Source: Candidatus Uhrbacteria bacterium (lineage in GTDB: Bacteria; Patescibacteriota; Patescibacteriia; 2-12-FULL-60-25). Taken from it: DNA of 64,000 nt. The stretch lies in NCBI GenBank assembly GCA_021413945.1, contig JAIOPK010000006.1, positions 390,327 to 454,326 on the forward strand. The letters run 5' to 3'. This document shows positions 8,657-18,047 of the stretch, piece after piece (position 1 is the first letter of the stretch; the number at the start of each line of letters is the position of its first letter). A program made the translations under genes and the position numbers. The notes below the pieces were generated by a model. The model had not been told where the DNA came from. It searched no databases and saw only the letters and a list, made by a program, of their open reading frames with translations.

Positions 8657-9231
8657 ACGACCTTTCCGCCGTCATCGAGGCATTGCTATTTGCCTCCGCA
8701 CAACCGATGAACGCCAAACGTTTGGCGGATATTACGAAATCCGGAAAGGATGATGTGAAGCGGGCGTTTTCGGAGTTGAATGGACGCCTTGAGACAAGCG
8801 GATCGGGTTTGATGTTGATTGTTCATGGCGACGAGGCGGAACTCGTGACTCGTCCTGAGATGTCAGAGGTTGTACGGGGCGTTTTGAAAGCCGAGATGCA
8901 AGGCGAGTTATCGAGACCCTCGATGGAGGCTTTGGCGATTCTTGCGTACCGCGGGCCGATGACGCGGCCGGAAGTCGAGCAGATTCGCGGTGTTCAATCG
9001 GCATTAATTTTGCGTAACTTGATGCTGCGCGGTCTGGTTGAGATGAAAGAGGAGATGAAGCTTGGACAACCGATGTATTCCGTTACGATCGATTTTTATA
9101 AGCACTTGGGACTCGGTAAGCCGGATGAATTGCCGGATTACGAGGCGTTACGAGGACACTCGGCCGTCGTACAGGCGCTTGAGGAGCTTGAACCGACGGA
9201 ACCTAAGGACGTTAGCGAACATACCGTCTAG
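8653..9231 (+). CDS. scpB: segregation and condensation protein B
   Basis: IEALLFASAQPMNAKRLADI plus winged-helix repeats (LAILAYRGPMTRPEVEQIRGV). Confidence 0.85.
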   Translation: MNDLSAVIEALLFASAQPMNAKRLADITKSGKDDVKRAFSELNGRLETSGSGLMLIVHGDEAELVTRPEMSEVVRGVLKAEMQGELSRPSMEALAILAYRGPMTRPEVEQIRGVQSALILRNLMLRGLVEMKEEMKLGQPMYSVTIDFYKHLGLGKPDELPDYEALRGHSAVVQALEELEPTEPKDVSEHTV

Positions 9232-9234
9232 CCT

Positions 9235-10173
9235 ATGAATGCCGAAGCGATGATTTTGTTGGTCGGTAGCCTTGCCATGCAGGCTTCCAGACAGATGCCT
9301 ACCGGCAGCCTGAACGGGCTTCCGGTTGCCAAGTATGTTGCGGTCACGAGCGAAGCGCCGACAAAGAAAAATCAGGCGACACTTGGTATCGACGTAGACG
9401 CGAGAGCGGCTGTTGTGATGGATGTCGCGAGCGGTCAGACCTTATTCGAGAAGGACTCGCATGTCGCGTATCCGATTGCTAGTCTAACCAAGATTATTTC
9501 GGCAATGGTTTTTCTTGATGGTAAACCGGACCTCGACGATCAGGTTACGTTTTTAGCGGAGGATGATGCCATTGCCGGGAAGACCGTCATTCCGACGGGA
9601 GAGCGTCTGACAAAGCGGGAGGTGTTATCCGCTTTGCTTATCGGATCGGTAAATGAAGCGGCGAATGTTTTGTCGAGAACAAGCGGAGGACGAGAAGCAT
9701 TTGTCGCGGCAATGAATCGCAAAGCGAGGGCTATCGGCATGGAGCATGCGGTTTTTTATGACCCATCGGGGCTCGATGCGAGGAATAAGGCAAGCGCAAG
9801 AGATGTCGCTCTGGCTCTACGCGCGGCTTTAAGTTATCCGGATCTTCGTAAGACGACGGAACAACCGAATGTGAATCTTGTAGGACGCGCGACCAATCGG
9901 AAGTATCAGATCAAGACGACAAATTTATTACTGTCTTCCGACTTGAATCGAGGTTCGTATCGTATCGTCGCCGCAAAGACGGGAACACTTGCGGAGGCAG
10001 GATTTTGTATGGCTCAGGCGACGCGTGATGCGGAAGGTCATGAAGTGATCGCTGTTGTCTTGGGCGGTGGAACGCATTTTACACGTTTTCAGGACGTGAA
10101 AGCGCTGACGTATTGGAGCTTCCAGAACTTTGTGTGGAATGGCCGGCAAGCTCGGTTGATTAGGGAAAATTAG
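9235..10173 (+). CDS. serine-type D-Ala-D-Ala carboxypeptidase (PBP5/6-like, S11)
   Basis: SxxK (SLTK), SxN (SVN) and KTG (AKTGT) motifs in the correct order, with an N-terminal signal/anchor. Confidence 0.8.
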   Translation: MNAEAMILLVGSLAMQASRQMPTGSLNGLPVAKYVAVTSEAPTKKNQATLGIDVDARAAVVMDVASGQTLFEKDSHVAYPIASLTKIISAMVFLDGKPDLDDQVTFLAEDDAIAGKTVIPTGERLTKREVLSALLIGSVNEAANVLSRTSGGREAFVAAMNRKARAIGMEHAVFYDPSGLDARNKASARDVALALRAALSYPDLRKTTEQPNVNLVGRATNRKYQIKTTNLLLSSDLNRGSYRIVAAKTGTLAEAGFCMAQATRDAEGHEVIAVVLGGGTHFTRFQDVKALTYWSFQNFVWNGRQARLIREN

Positions 10174-10174
10174 C

Positions 10175-11155
10175 ATGAAGCGGCTTGGTATTGATGCGCG
10201 CGGAATCGATACGGGTCCGGGCGCCGGGATTGCGCATGCGACGCGCGAGCTTGTTGATGCGCTACAAGAATCTGCGCCGAGCTTTGGCGTCGAACTTGTC
10301 GTGTATCGCGAGGTGATGAGTGGATCCCAACTGTCGAGTCGGTTGATGCGAGATCGACTCGACCATATTTTTGTGCCCAGCGGTGCCGTATCGCCATTTA
10401 TTGGCGGCTATGTCTATCCATGGGTTCATGATTTGGCGATCTTTAGGCATCCGGAATGGTTCCCGCAATCGTTTTGGAAACGATTGCTTACCACGAGGCT
10501 TTTCTTGAAGGGTTTGCGACGAGCCAAGCACATTTTTGCCGTTAGCGAGGATACGAAGAAGGAAATCGAGTGGATTGCGGGAATCGACGGGCCGCGGGTT
10601 ACGGTGACGCATCAGGGGATTCAAAGATCTTCCGACGTTGCTCGAGACGAGGTTCAGGGCAGCGAAAAATATGCCTTGATTTTAGGAACGGTGGAACCGA
10701 GGAAGAATATTGCCTTCATCGATGAGCTTTGGGGTGACGTTCGGCGTCGATTCCCGAATGCGCGACTCGTTGTCGCGGGAAGAGATGGATGGGGGAATGT
10801 ATCGACGAAGAATGCCGAACGTGTTGAGAATGTTTCGGATGCAGAGCGGGATCGATTGATCGCGAATGCGTCGATGCTATTATTGCCGTCGCTACACGAA
10901 GGGTTTGGTCGAACGGCTTTGGAGGCGATGTCGCATGGAATTCCGGTGATCGCGTCAAACAAGGGCGCTATACCGGAGGTCGTGGGGAAGGCAGGAGTTT
11001 TGCTCCAACCGAGCGATCGCGAAGGTTGGATTAGGGCGATCACCGACGGGTTCGAGGGTCGAATCGACGGACAAGCGGGCAAGGAGCAGGTGAAGCGATT
11101 TTCATGGAAAAACACAGCCCGGATCATTCTTGCTAAAATCGTTGAAACTTGGTAG
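10175..11155 (+). CDS. glycosyltransferase, GT-B fold (family 4-like)
   Basis: C-terminal EGFGRTALEAMSHGIPVIAS motif (the E-x7-E region) typical of GT4 enzymes. Confidence 0.8.
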   Translation: MKRLGIDARGIDTGPGAGIAHATRELVDALQESAPSFGVELVVYREVMSGSQLSSRLMRDRLDHIFVPSGAVSPFIGGYVYPWVHDLAIFRHPEWFPQSFWKRLLTTRLFLKGLRRAKHIFAVSEDTKKEIEWIAGIDGPRVTVTHQGIQRSSDVARDEVQGSEKYALILGTVEPRKNIAFIDELWGDVRRRFPNARLVVAGRDGWGNVSTKNAERVENVSDAERDRLIANASMLLLPSLHEGFGRTALEAMSHGIPVIASNKGAIPEVVGKAGVLLQPSDREGWIRAITDGFEGRIDGQAGKEQVKRFSWKNTARIILAKIVETW

Positions 11156-11174
11156 ATTTTTGCGGCCCCTTTGG

Positions 11175-11251
11175 GGCGGGGTAGCTCAGTTGGTTAGAGC
11201 GTGGGACTCATAAGCCCGAGGTCGGCGGTTCAACTCCGCCCCCCGCTACCA
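11175..11251 (+). tRNA. tRNA with CAU anticodon (elongator Met or lysidine-modified Ile2)
   Basis: GGCGGGG acceptor, GCTCAGTTGGTTAGAGC D-arm, CTCATAA anticodon loop, GGCGGTTCAACTCCGCC T-arm and an encoded CCA. Position 1:72 is a G:U pair, so it is not an initiator. Confidence 0.85.
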
Positions 11252-11254
11252 CGT

Positions 11255-11283
11255 AAAAACCGCGCAAGTTAGCGCGGTTTTTA
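11255..11283 (+). terminator. intrinsic terminator after the tRNA
   Basis: AAAAACCGCGC-AAGTTA-GCGCGGTTTTT. Confidence 0.75.
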
Positions 11284-11322
11284 CTTTATTACGATTTTGT
11301 GATAGTCTGTGTGCGATCGTTT

Positions 11323-11787
11323 ATGTTCATCACGACCCATGCCGTTTTGGGAGCGCTGATTGCTCAACAGGTTCCGGGGAATCCCTTTGCCGCCCTTGTG
11401 CTCGGTATTGCTTCGCATTTCATCAGCGATATTATTCCGCATGGAGATACAAATCTTTACAAGGATTATGTGTCCGGACGACGTGTTAAATCGTCGATTG
11501 CGTATGTGACGATTGATGGAATCCTGACAACGCTTTTTGTTTTGTTTCTTTTTAACCTTGGTTTGGGTGATTCCAAATTAGCCATCACGATGGGAATCGT
11601 CGGAGGAGTGCTGCCGGATTTTCTCGTAGGAATTTACGAGGTTCTACGTATCCCCGGTTTAAAATGGTTTCATCGTTTGCATTTCTTTTTTCATAACATG
11701 GTGAGCGAACGGCATGACATGACGTTCGCTTCCGGATTCGCGATGCAGGTGATGTTCTTAGCCGGCCTGCTTTCACTCATCGTCTAA
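11323..11787 (+). CDS. hypothetical polytopic membrane protein (YdjM-like membrane hydrolase fold possible)
   Basis: MFITTHAVLGALIA...ASHFISDIIPHGD, with about 4-5 TM helices and conserved His/Asp in the loops. The assignment is tentative. Confidence 0.5.
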   Translation: MFITTHAVLGALIAQQVPGNPFAALVLGIASHFISDIIPHGDTNLYKDYVSGRRVKSSIAYVTIDGILTTLFVLFLFNLGLGDSKLAITMGIVGGVLPDFLVGIYEVLRIPGLKWFHRLHFFFHNMVSERHDMTFASGFAMQVMFLAGLLSLIV

Positions 11788-11792
11788 GCGCG

Positions 11793-11820
11793 AAAAAACA
11801 GCCTTGAAGGGCTGTTTTTT
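11793..11820. terminator. bidirectional terminator
   Basis: AAAAAACAGCC-TTGAAG-GGCTGTTTTTT, between a plus-strand CDS and the minus-strand tRNA-Leu. Confidence 0.7.
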
Positions 11821-11822
11821 CA

Positions 11823-11909
11823 TGGTGCCGCGGGAGAGAATCGAACTCTCATGACCTTGCGATCGCGGGATTTTGAGTCCCGTGCGTCTACCAATTCCGC
11901 CACCGCGGC
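11823..11909 (-). tRNA. tRNA-Leu(CAA)
   Basis: The reverse complement gives GCCGCGG acceptor, a CTCAAAA anticodon loop, a long variable arm (class II), GAGAGTTCGATTCTCTC T-arm and CCA. Confidence 0.85.
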
Positions 11910-11990
11910 CTGATCGCGCGTGTAAATGTAGCGATTTCTTGACAAATACGCAAGTCTGGCTTAAAATGCGGGCGCTTAACAAGCGATTGT

Positions 11991-12067
11991 CGCGGGGTAG
12001 AGCAGCCCGGCAGCTCGCATGGCTCATAACCATGAGGTCGTGGGTTCAAATCCCACCCCCGCAACCA
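11991..12067 (+). tRNA. initiator-like tRNA-fMet(CAU)
   Basis: CGCGGGGTAGAGCAGCCCGGCAGCTC...CTCATAA...GGGTTCAAATCCC...CCCCGCAACCA. It has a C1:A72 mismatch and close overall resemblance to the bacterial initiator tRNA. Confidence 0.8.
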
Positions 12068-12072
12068 AGTAC

Positions 12073-12098
12073 ATCCCGCCCCAAAAGGGCGGGATTTG
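12073..12098 (+). terminator. intrinsic terminator after tRNA-fMet
   Basis: ATCCCGCCC-CAAAA-GGGCGGGAT followed by TTT. Confidence 0.7.
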
Positions 12099-12112
12099 CT
12101 ATACTGTTACTT

Positions 12113-13675
12113 GTGAACCTGTTCTTTGAGATCGCCATTTTACTTTCCTTAACGACGGCGGTTGCACTTGTCATGCACAAGTTCAAACAACCGCTGATTT
12201 TGGCGTACCTCGTGAGCGGTATTATCGCCGGCCCGCAGGTTCTTGGGTTGATCCACTCGGAAGATACGTTGGCGTTTTTGTCCAAGCTCGGCATCACCTC
12301 ACTACTCTTCATTGTCGGGTTGAGTCTTTCGCCTACCGTGATACGAGAGGTCGGCAAGGTTTCCGCGGCTGCGGGCATCGGACAGATCGTTTTTACTTCG
12401 GCTTTTGGTTTTTTGATCGCGTTCCTTTTTGGATATAGCTGGACTTCCGCTCTTTATATCGCTATCGCGCTGACATTCAGTAGTACGATTATCGCGCTGA
12501 AGTTTCTTCAGGATCGAAGGGAGCTTGGGTCGATTTATGGAAAAATCTCGATTGGAATATTACTCGTACAGGATGTTGCGGCAACGGTCGTACTGGTTGT
12601 TATTACCGCACTGAGCGCCGGCGCAACAAATTGGCAGGCGTTTGCCGTAGTGCTTTTGAAAGCCGTTCTTCTTGGTTTGGGGTTGGCGATCGTTTCAAAA
12701 GTGATTTTGCCATCGCTTACCAAGATTTTTGCGACCTCACAGGAGTTCTTGCTGATGTTTTCCGTGGCTTGGGGTACAGGCGTTGCGGCGCTGTTCCAGT
12801 ATTCCGGATTCTCGATCGAGATCGGTGCGCTGGCAGCCGGCGTCGCTCTATCAACGTCCGCGTATCATTACGAAATTAGTTCCAAGATGAAAATTTTGCG
12901 CGACTTTTTGGTCGCTATCTTTTTTATCGTCCTTGGTTCGGAGCTACATTTTGTCGGGGCACAGCAATTAATTGTCCCGACCATCGTCTTTTCCGGCTTT
13001 GTCCTTATCGGTAATCCGTTGATTCTGACGATTATTCTCGGAGCGATGGGGTATGGCAGAAATGTTTCGTTCCGTACCGGCTTGGCAATGGCGCAGATCA
13101 GCGAATTCTCTCTCGTGCTTGTCGCGTTGGCGTATCAGCTCGGCCATATCGATGATCGGGTTGTATTACTTATCACGATGGTTGGAATGACGACCTTTGC
13201 CTTGTCGAGCTACTTGCAGGCGAGCTCCGATTGGCTGACGGAGAAACTTTGGAATCGGTTGGCCTTATTTGAACGCCCGCATCCCAAGAAAGAATTGAAA
13301 CCCATGTATGGAGACGCGGACGACAACGAATTTCTTGATGAGATGGACTTGAAGCGCGTCAAACTTGTCATATCGACGTTGCCGGATGTGGAGACGAACC
13401 TCTTTTTGTTGAACAAGGTGAGGCGTCAAAGCGAGATGGCAATCGTGATCTTAATGGCGCACTCAGCGGAGGAGGCGCTTCTTCTCTATAAAAACGGCGC
13501 AAACTACGTGGTATTGCCACATTTTCTCGGAGGGAGCTATGCAACGCTGTTGCTCGATAAATACGGCTTGGATGTCGAGCAATTTGCCGAGGAGCGCGAT
13601 AAACATTTGAAGCATTTGAAGGCCCGTGTCGGCATGTCGGATGGACGCTTGCCAGCCAAGAGAACGGGAGCGTAA
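12113..13675 (+). CDS. monovalent cation:proton antiporter (CPA2/Kef-type) with a C-terminal RCK-like domain
   Basis: About 12 TM helices and an N-terminus (LAYLVSGIIAGPQVLGLI) typical of Na+/H+ exchanger family proteins. I chose the GTG at 12113 because the longer track ORF runs through two tRNA genes. Confidence 0.8.
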   Translation: MNLFFEIAILLSLTTAVALVMHKFKQPLILAYLVSGIIAGPQVLGLIHSEDTLAFLSKLGITSLLFIVGLSLSPTVIREVGKVSAAAGIGQIVFTSAFGFLIAFLFGYSWTSALYIAIALTFSSTIIALKFLQDRRELGSIYGKISIGILLVQDVAATVVLVVITALSAGATNWQAFAVVLLKAVLLGLGLAIVSKVILPSLTKIFATSQEFLLMFSVAWGTGVAALFQYSGFSIEIGALAAGVALSTSAYHYEISSKMKILRDFLVAIFFIVLGSELHFVGAQQLIVPTIVFSGFVLIGNPLILTIILGAMGYGRNVSFRTGLAMAQISEFSLVLVALAYQLGHIDDRVVLLITMVGMTTFALSSYLQASSDWLTEKLWNRLALFERPHPKKELKPMYGDADDNEFLDEMDLKRVKLVISTLPDVETNLFLLNKVRRQSEMAIVILMAHSAEEALLLYKNGANYVVLPHFLGGSYATLLLDKYGLDVEQFAEERDKHLKHLKARVGMSDGRLPAKRTGA

Positions 13676-13689
13676 GATGAGCCCGTTCT

Positions 13690-14478
13690 ATGGCTCGAAT
13701 CATTTCAATCGTCAACCAAAAAGGAGGGGTTGGAAAGACGACGACCGCCATCAATTTGGGCGCCTATCTTGCCGACCAGGGGAAGTTTGTCCTCATTGTC
13801 GATTTGGATCCGCAGGCCAATGCGACTTCCGGTATCGGGATCGACCATCGCGGGCTTGAGAAAGGAGTTTATGAGGCGATTCTTGGAGAGGTAAAGATCG
13901 GGGATATCGTACAACCGACCGCTCATGTCGGACTTCATGTTGCACCGGCAACGACGGCTCTTGCCGGTTTAAACGTTGAGCTGGTCGGCATGGAAAATCG
14001 AGAATTCAAACTACGACATGCACTCCTCGAAATTCGAAACGACTATGACTTTATTCTCATCGACTGCCCGCCGACGCTCGGATTAATTACCCTGAACGGT
14101 ATTGTCGCCGGAGATGAAATTCTGATTCCGGTTCAAGCGGAGTACTATGCACTAGAAGGTCTCGGTCAGCTGCTTGAAACCGTTCAGCTCGTAAAGCAGA
14201 ATATTCGTCCGGATATCGACGTGCTCGGAGCCGTCATCACCATGTACGACCCTCGAACGAAACTTTCCGACGACGTATTGCACGAGCTGTACAAATACTT
14301 TCCGAATAATATTTTTCGTTCCGTTATTCCGCGTAATGTCCGACTAGCCGAAGCGCCAAGCTTTGGGAGAACCATTGTTCATTTTGACTCCTCATCGAAG
14401 GGAGCCAAGGCTTACGAGAGACTCGCGCAAGAAATTATCGAGCGCGAGACGATCGGCCTTGAAATTACGAACGTATGA
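13690..14478 (+). CDS. parA: chromosome partitioning ATPase ParA/Soj
   Basis: Deviant Walker A (NQKGGVGKTTTAINL). Confidence 0.9.
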   Translation: MARIISIVNQKGGVGKTTTAINLGAYLADQGKFVLIVDLDPQANATSGIGIDHRGLEKGVYEAILGEVKIGDIVQPTAHVGLHVAPATTALAGLNVELVGMENREFKLRHALLEIRNDYDFILIDCPPTLGLITLNGIVAGDEILIPVQAEYYALEGLGQLLETVQLVKQNIRPDIDVLGAVITMYDPRTKLSDDVLHELYKYFPNNIFRSVIPRNVRLAEAPSFGRTIVHFDSSSKGAKAYERLAQEIIERETIGLEITNV

Positions 14479-15359
14479 TCATTCAACAACGTCAAAGCGG
14501 TTTAGGACGCGGGCTCGGTGCGCTGATTCCGCCAAAGCCGGTTCGACAGGAATCGAGCAACGCGCCGACGCACTCGGAGCATGGTGAATTGAGCGAGGAA
14601 GTCGGACAGCGTATTTTGGAAGTCCCGATCGATAAGATTGCGCGTAATCCGCATCAGCCGCGTTTGACGTTTGATCATGCGGAGTTGGAGGATCTTATTT
14701 CGAGTATTCGAGAGCATGGCGTTATCCAGCCGTTGATCGTGACGCCGCAGCCGGATGGTACATATCAACTGATCGCCGGCGAGCGCCGTTTGCGTGCGTC
14801 GACCATTGCGGGGCTTAAAACGGTTCCGGCCGTTGTCCGTGATGCGACGGAATTGCAAAAGCTTGAACTCGCTATCATCGAGAACGTCCAGAGAGCGGAC
14901 TTGAACGCCATCGAGGAAGCCAAGGCCTATCAGCGGCTGATCGACGAGTTTGGGATGACACAGGACGATGTAGGACGCAAAATGGGTAAGAGCCGGCCGC
15001 AAGTCGGAAATACGATCCGCTTGCTTCAGCTGCCGCAGGAAATCCAGCAAGCGCTGATTGAGAAAAAGATCTCCGCGTCGAATGGCAGAACATTGTTGTC
15101 GTTACCGACGGACGAGGAACGCATGCAGTTGTTTCATGCGATGATCGCCGGCAACTTTACGGTACGACAAACGGAAGAACGCGTCGGAGTCAGACGCTTG
15201 CCGCATACGCTTGATCCGAATATTTCCGCCGCCGAAGATCGATTACGCACCAAACTACACGCCAAGGTCACAATCAAACGCAACGCGAGAGGCGTTGGCG
15301 AGATTCGGGTGCATTTTGGATCGGACGAAGAATTGGGTTCGCTGTTGGAACGTTTGTAA
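14475..15359 (+). CDS. parB: chromosome partitioning protein ParB/Spo0J
   Basis: ParB box (IQPLIV...LIAGERRLRA) and an HTH region. It overlaps parA by 4 nt. Confidence 0.9.
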   Translation: MIIQQRQSGLGRGLGALIPPKPVRQESSNAPTHSEHGELSEEVGQRILEVPIDKIARNPHQPRLTFDHAELEDLISSIREHGVIQPLIVTPQPDGTYQLIAGERRLRASTIAGLKTVPAVVRDATELQKLELAIIENVQRADLNAIEEAKAYQRLIDEFGMTQDDVGRKMGKSRPQVGNTIRLLQLPQEIQQALIEKKISASNGRTLLSLPTDEERMQLFHAMIAGNFTVRQTEERVGVRRLPHTLDPNISAAEDRLRTKLHAKVTIKRNARGVGEIRVHFGSDEELGSLLERL

Positions 15360-15363
15360 TCGA

Positions 15364-16872
15364 TTATTTTCCGCCCGGCATCATTCCCTTGATCCACGAG
15401 GCGATTCTGGATTTGGCAAATTGTTTGACTTTGGATTTTGCCTGACGCGTTTTGACGAATGAAGCCCAGTCGGGATTGGGGCCTTTGCGGGATTTATCGA
15501 CGAGAATATCCACCATGTCGCCGTTTTTGAGTACACGATTGAGCTGAGCGACTTCCTCGTTTACTTTTGCGCCCGTACACGTGTTGCCGATGTCGGTGTG
15601 AATCGCGTAGGCAAAATCAACGCAGGTACTATCTTCCGGCAGGTCGATGACATCGCCTTTGGGGGTGAAGACGAAGATACGGTCGCGGAAGACGTCGATT
15701 TTAAGCTCTTCCAATGACTGGAGATACAATTTCTTGTCTTCCATTTCTTTCTGAATGTCCGCGAGCTCATGCACCCATTCAGGCGTGCGGGATTTGGTGC
15801 CGACGAGTGCGATTTTGCCGTGTTCGTCGTAGGCCCAGTGCGCGGCGATACCAAACTCGTTCATCGCATGCATTTCCTTGGTGCGGATTTGGAACTCGAC
15901 AATCTCGCCGTCCTCACAAAACACCGTCGTGTGTAGCGAGCGGTAGCCGTTTGGTTTTGGCTGAGCGATGTAATCTTTAATTCTGCCCTTGAGCGGCGTC
16001 CACTTGCTGTGGATGATGCCGAGCGCGGCGTAACAGTCGGCGACGTTGTCGACAATGATGCGGAGGGCAATGAGATCGTAAATGCGCGCGATGTTGCGTT
16101 CATTCTTTAAAAGCTTGCGGTAAAGCGAGTAGAGGTGTTTGGCGCGGCCTTGTACCAGCACGTTCCCAAGCCCGGCATCCGTCAAAAGATGATCCGTCTG
16201 GACGATGAGTTTGTCGACATATTCCTGTTTTCCTTCACGACCGGAACGAGAAATTTCTTTCACCCAGGCATACTCCTTGGGATACACGTACTTGAATGAG
16301 GCGTCTTCCAGACGGCCTTTCATCTCACCCATACCGAGTCGGTTGGCAATCGGGGCAAAGATTTCAAGAGACTCGAGCGCGATGCGGAATTGTTTTTTGG
16401 GCGGAATGTTTTCTAGCGTCTCAAGGTTGTGTAATCGATCGGCGAATTTGATGAAGACGACACGGACATCGGCGGCCATCGTTAAAAACATTTTGCGCAG
16501 GTTCTCGATGTAACGTTCGATACCGCGATATTTAATTTTACCGAGCTTGGTAATACCGGCGACCATGTCGGCGACATCCTCGCCAAATTCGTTGCGGATG
16601 TCCTCGATGGTCTTTTGGGTGTCTTCCGGGACGTCGTGCAATAGGCCTGCAATGATAATCGGGGCCGGGAGACGCATCTCCGCCAAGTTCAGGGCTGCGG
16701 CAAGCGGGTGGATGATATAGGGCTCGCCGGATGCGCGCTTCTGACCCTCGTGGGCGGCTTTAGCAAATTCATAGGCGCGAGTAATCTCTTTACTGTCGGC
16801 TTTTGGATCATAAGCAGCGACGAGGCCGCAGAGCGCCTCGATGGTTTGAGTCTTGCTTGTTGCGCCTTCCAT
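15364..16872 (-). CDS. rel: bifunctional (p)ppGpp synthetase/hydrolase, short RelA/SpoT homolog
   Basis: HD domain (HPLAAA...LLHDVPEDT), synthetase motif (DYIAQPKPNGYRSLHTTV) and a TGS domain at the C-terminus. The ATG at 16872 (MEGATSK) was chosen because the 153-aa upstream extension in the track has no homology and overlaps the divergent gene. Confidence 0.85.
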   Translation of the reverse strand: MEGATSKTQTIEALCGLVAAYDPKADSKEITRAYEFAKAAHEGQKRASGEPYIIHPLAAALNLAEMRLPAPIIIAGLLHDVPEDTQKTIEDIRNEFGEDVADMVAGITKLGKIKYRGIERYIENLRKMFLTMAADVRVVFIKFADRLHNLETLENIPPKKQFRIALESLEIFAPIANRLGMGEMKGRLEDASFKYVYPKEYAWVKEISRSGREGKQEYVDKLIVQTDHLLTDAGLGNVLVQGRAKHLYSLYRKLLKNERNIARIYDLIALRIIVDNVADCYAALGIIHSKWTPLKGRIKDYIAQPKPNGYRSLHTTVFCEDGEIVEFQIRTKEMHAMNEFGIAAHWAYDEHGKIALVGTKSRTPEWVHELADIQKEMEDKKLYLQSLEELKIDVFRDRIFVFTPKGDVIDLPEDSTCVDFAYAIHTDIGNTCTGAKVNEEVAQLNRVLKNGDMVDILVDKSRKGPNPDWASFVKTRQAKSKVKQFAKSRIASWIKGMMPGGK

Positions 16873-16953
16873 AGATTTACCCACATTGTAGCAAGTTTTA
16901 CGGTGCGTCAATGCGTTGCCCCTTATAGCTGGAACGGGTAACATGGGGTCGAT

Positions 16954-18015
16954 ATGAGTAACGCAGCCGCAGCTGTCGCGGAAATCCCGGCCAAGGCGGG
17001 GGAATCGGCTATTGAAAAACCAAAGGGCGAGGTCAGAAGCAAGGTTGAATCCGGAGATATTTCGGGTGTTTATCGAATTGCGCAAAGCGAAGTTGATGAC
17101 GAACTTGCCCGCGGGCTCGGACTTTCCAAGTTCGATGATGCTGGCACGGCTGCCGTTGCCGGGCCGGAGATTGTCGCGTTGAAACAGGCTGACGCGGAGT
17201 TTGAGAACAAGGCAAAGACGGCTTTGGGGGGATTGAAGGGGACATTGGATGCCGTTAACAAGCCGGAGGCTCCGATTGTAGAAGCGAAGCATGAGTCGCC
17301 TGCCGTTGTTTTGCCTGTCATTGAGGAGCAAAAGCCTGTCGAAACAAAGTCGATGCCCGTAGAGGTTCCGGTTGTTACAGAAATCCCGGTCGTGGAGACG
17401 GTTGTCGCGCCTGTCGTCGAAGTAAAATTAGAAGCCCCGGTTGCGGAGGAGGTCGAAGTAAAACAGGAGGTGACTCAGGACGCGATGCTGCAAAAACTAG
17501 ATGCGGAACTTATAGCGGAGAAAAAGGCTTTGGAGGAATTTCAGGGGACGCATGGCAAGGCTCACACGCCTCTCGAACAGGCGTATCTCGACGCGTTAAC
17601 CGGCCGCATCACTTCTTTGGAATTTGAGAAGAAGGCACATACAAATGGAGACACGGGATTTGAAGCTCTTGCGAAGGCGGCAGAACTCAAACAAAAGGCC
17701 GACAAGGCGGAAGCGGCTTATCAGTCGATGTACGATGGATTCATGAATCAGCCGGTCGAGGCTCATCCGGAGCAGGTGGCCGTACCGGAAACCAGTAAAG
17801 AAGATGAAGAGGATGAAGATGATCACGTGAGTGCTTTTGGTTCGGGCACGTACCAGCCGACCTCTGGCGGGGGATCGTCTGAGCGTCAACAAGCCGCGAG
17901 ACCGAGTTTTGAGTCTTCCCCGATGAGTATGGGGACGCCGCAAAAACCAAAGGGACGCATGGGGAAGTTCGTCGACAGTCTCAAGTTCTGGAAGTATTTT
18001 ACCGGGAAACAGTAG
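16954..18015 (+). CDS. hypothetical acidic low-complexity protein (Pro/Val/Glu-rich)
   Basis: 353-aa ORF with PVVE/EVPVV repeats, a coiled-coil-like middle and a basic C-terminal tail (KFVDSLKFWKYF). No family recognised. Confidence 0.5.
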   Translation: MSNAAAAVAEIPAKAGESAIEKPKGEVRSKVESGDISGVYRIAQSEVDDELARGLGLSKFDDAGTAAVAGPEIVALKQADAEFENKAKTALGGLKGTLDAVNKPEAPIVEAKHESPAVVLPVIEEQKPVETKSMPVEVPVVTEIPVVETVVAPVVEVKLEAPVAEEVEVKQEVTQDAMLQKLDAELIAEKKALEEFQGTHGKAHTPLEQAYLDALTGRITSLEFEKKAHTNGDTGFEALAKAAELKQKADKAEAAYQSMYDGFMNQPVEAHPEQVAVPETSKEDEEDEDDHVSAFGSGTYQPTSGGGSSERQQAARPSFESSPMSMGTPQKPKGRMGKFVDSLKFWKYFTGKQ

Positions 18016-18019
18016 TAAG

Positions 18020-18047
18020 AAAACTCCCGCTACTCGGCGGGAGTTTT
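18020..18047. terminator. bidirectional terminator shared by the convergent genes (overlaps the last topA codons)
   Basis: AAAACTCCCGC-TACTCG-GCGGGAGTTTT. Confidence 0.7.

Noticed and set aside
11873-12112. N-terminal 80 codons of the 600-aa antiporter ORF
   Set aside because: This part is read straight through the tRNA-Leu (antisense) and tRNA-fMet genes and a terminator. The first TM helix starts right after the GTG at 12113.
16873-17331. 153-aa N-terminal extension of the Rel ORF (track ORF 15364-17331)
   Set aside because: The extension has no similarity to Rel N-termini, is Arg/Leu/Ser-rich noise, and overlaps the divergent 16954-18015 gene. The conserved HD domain begins shortly after the ATG at 16872.
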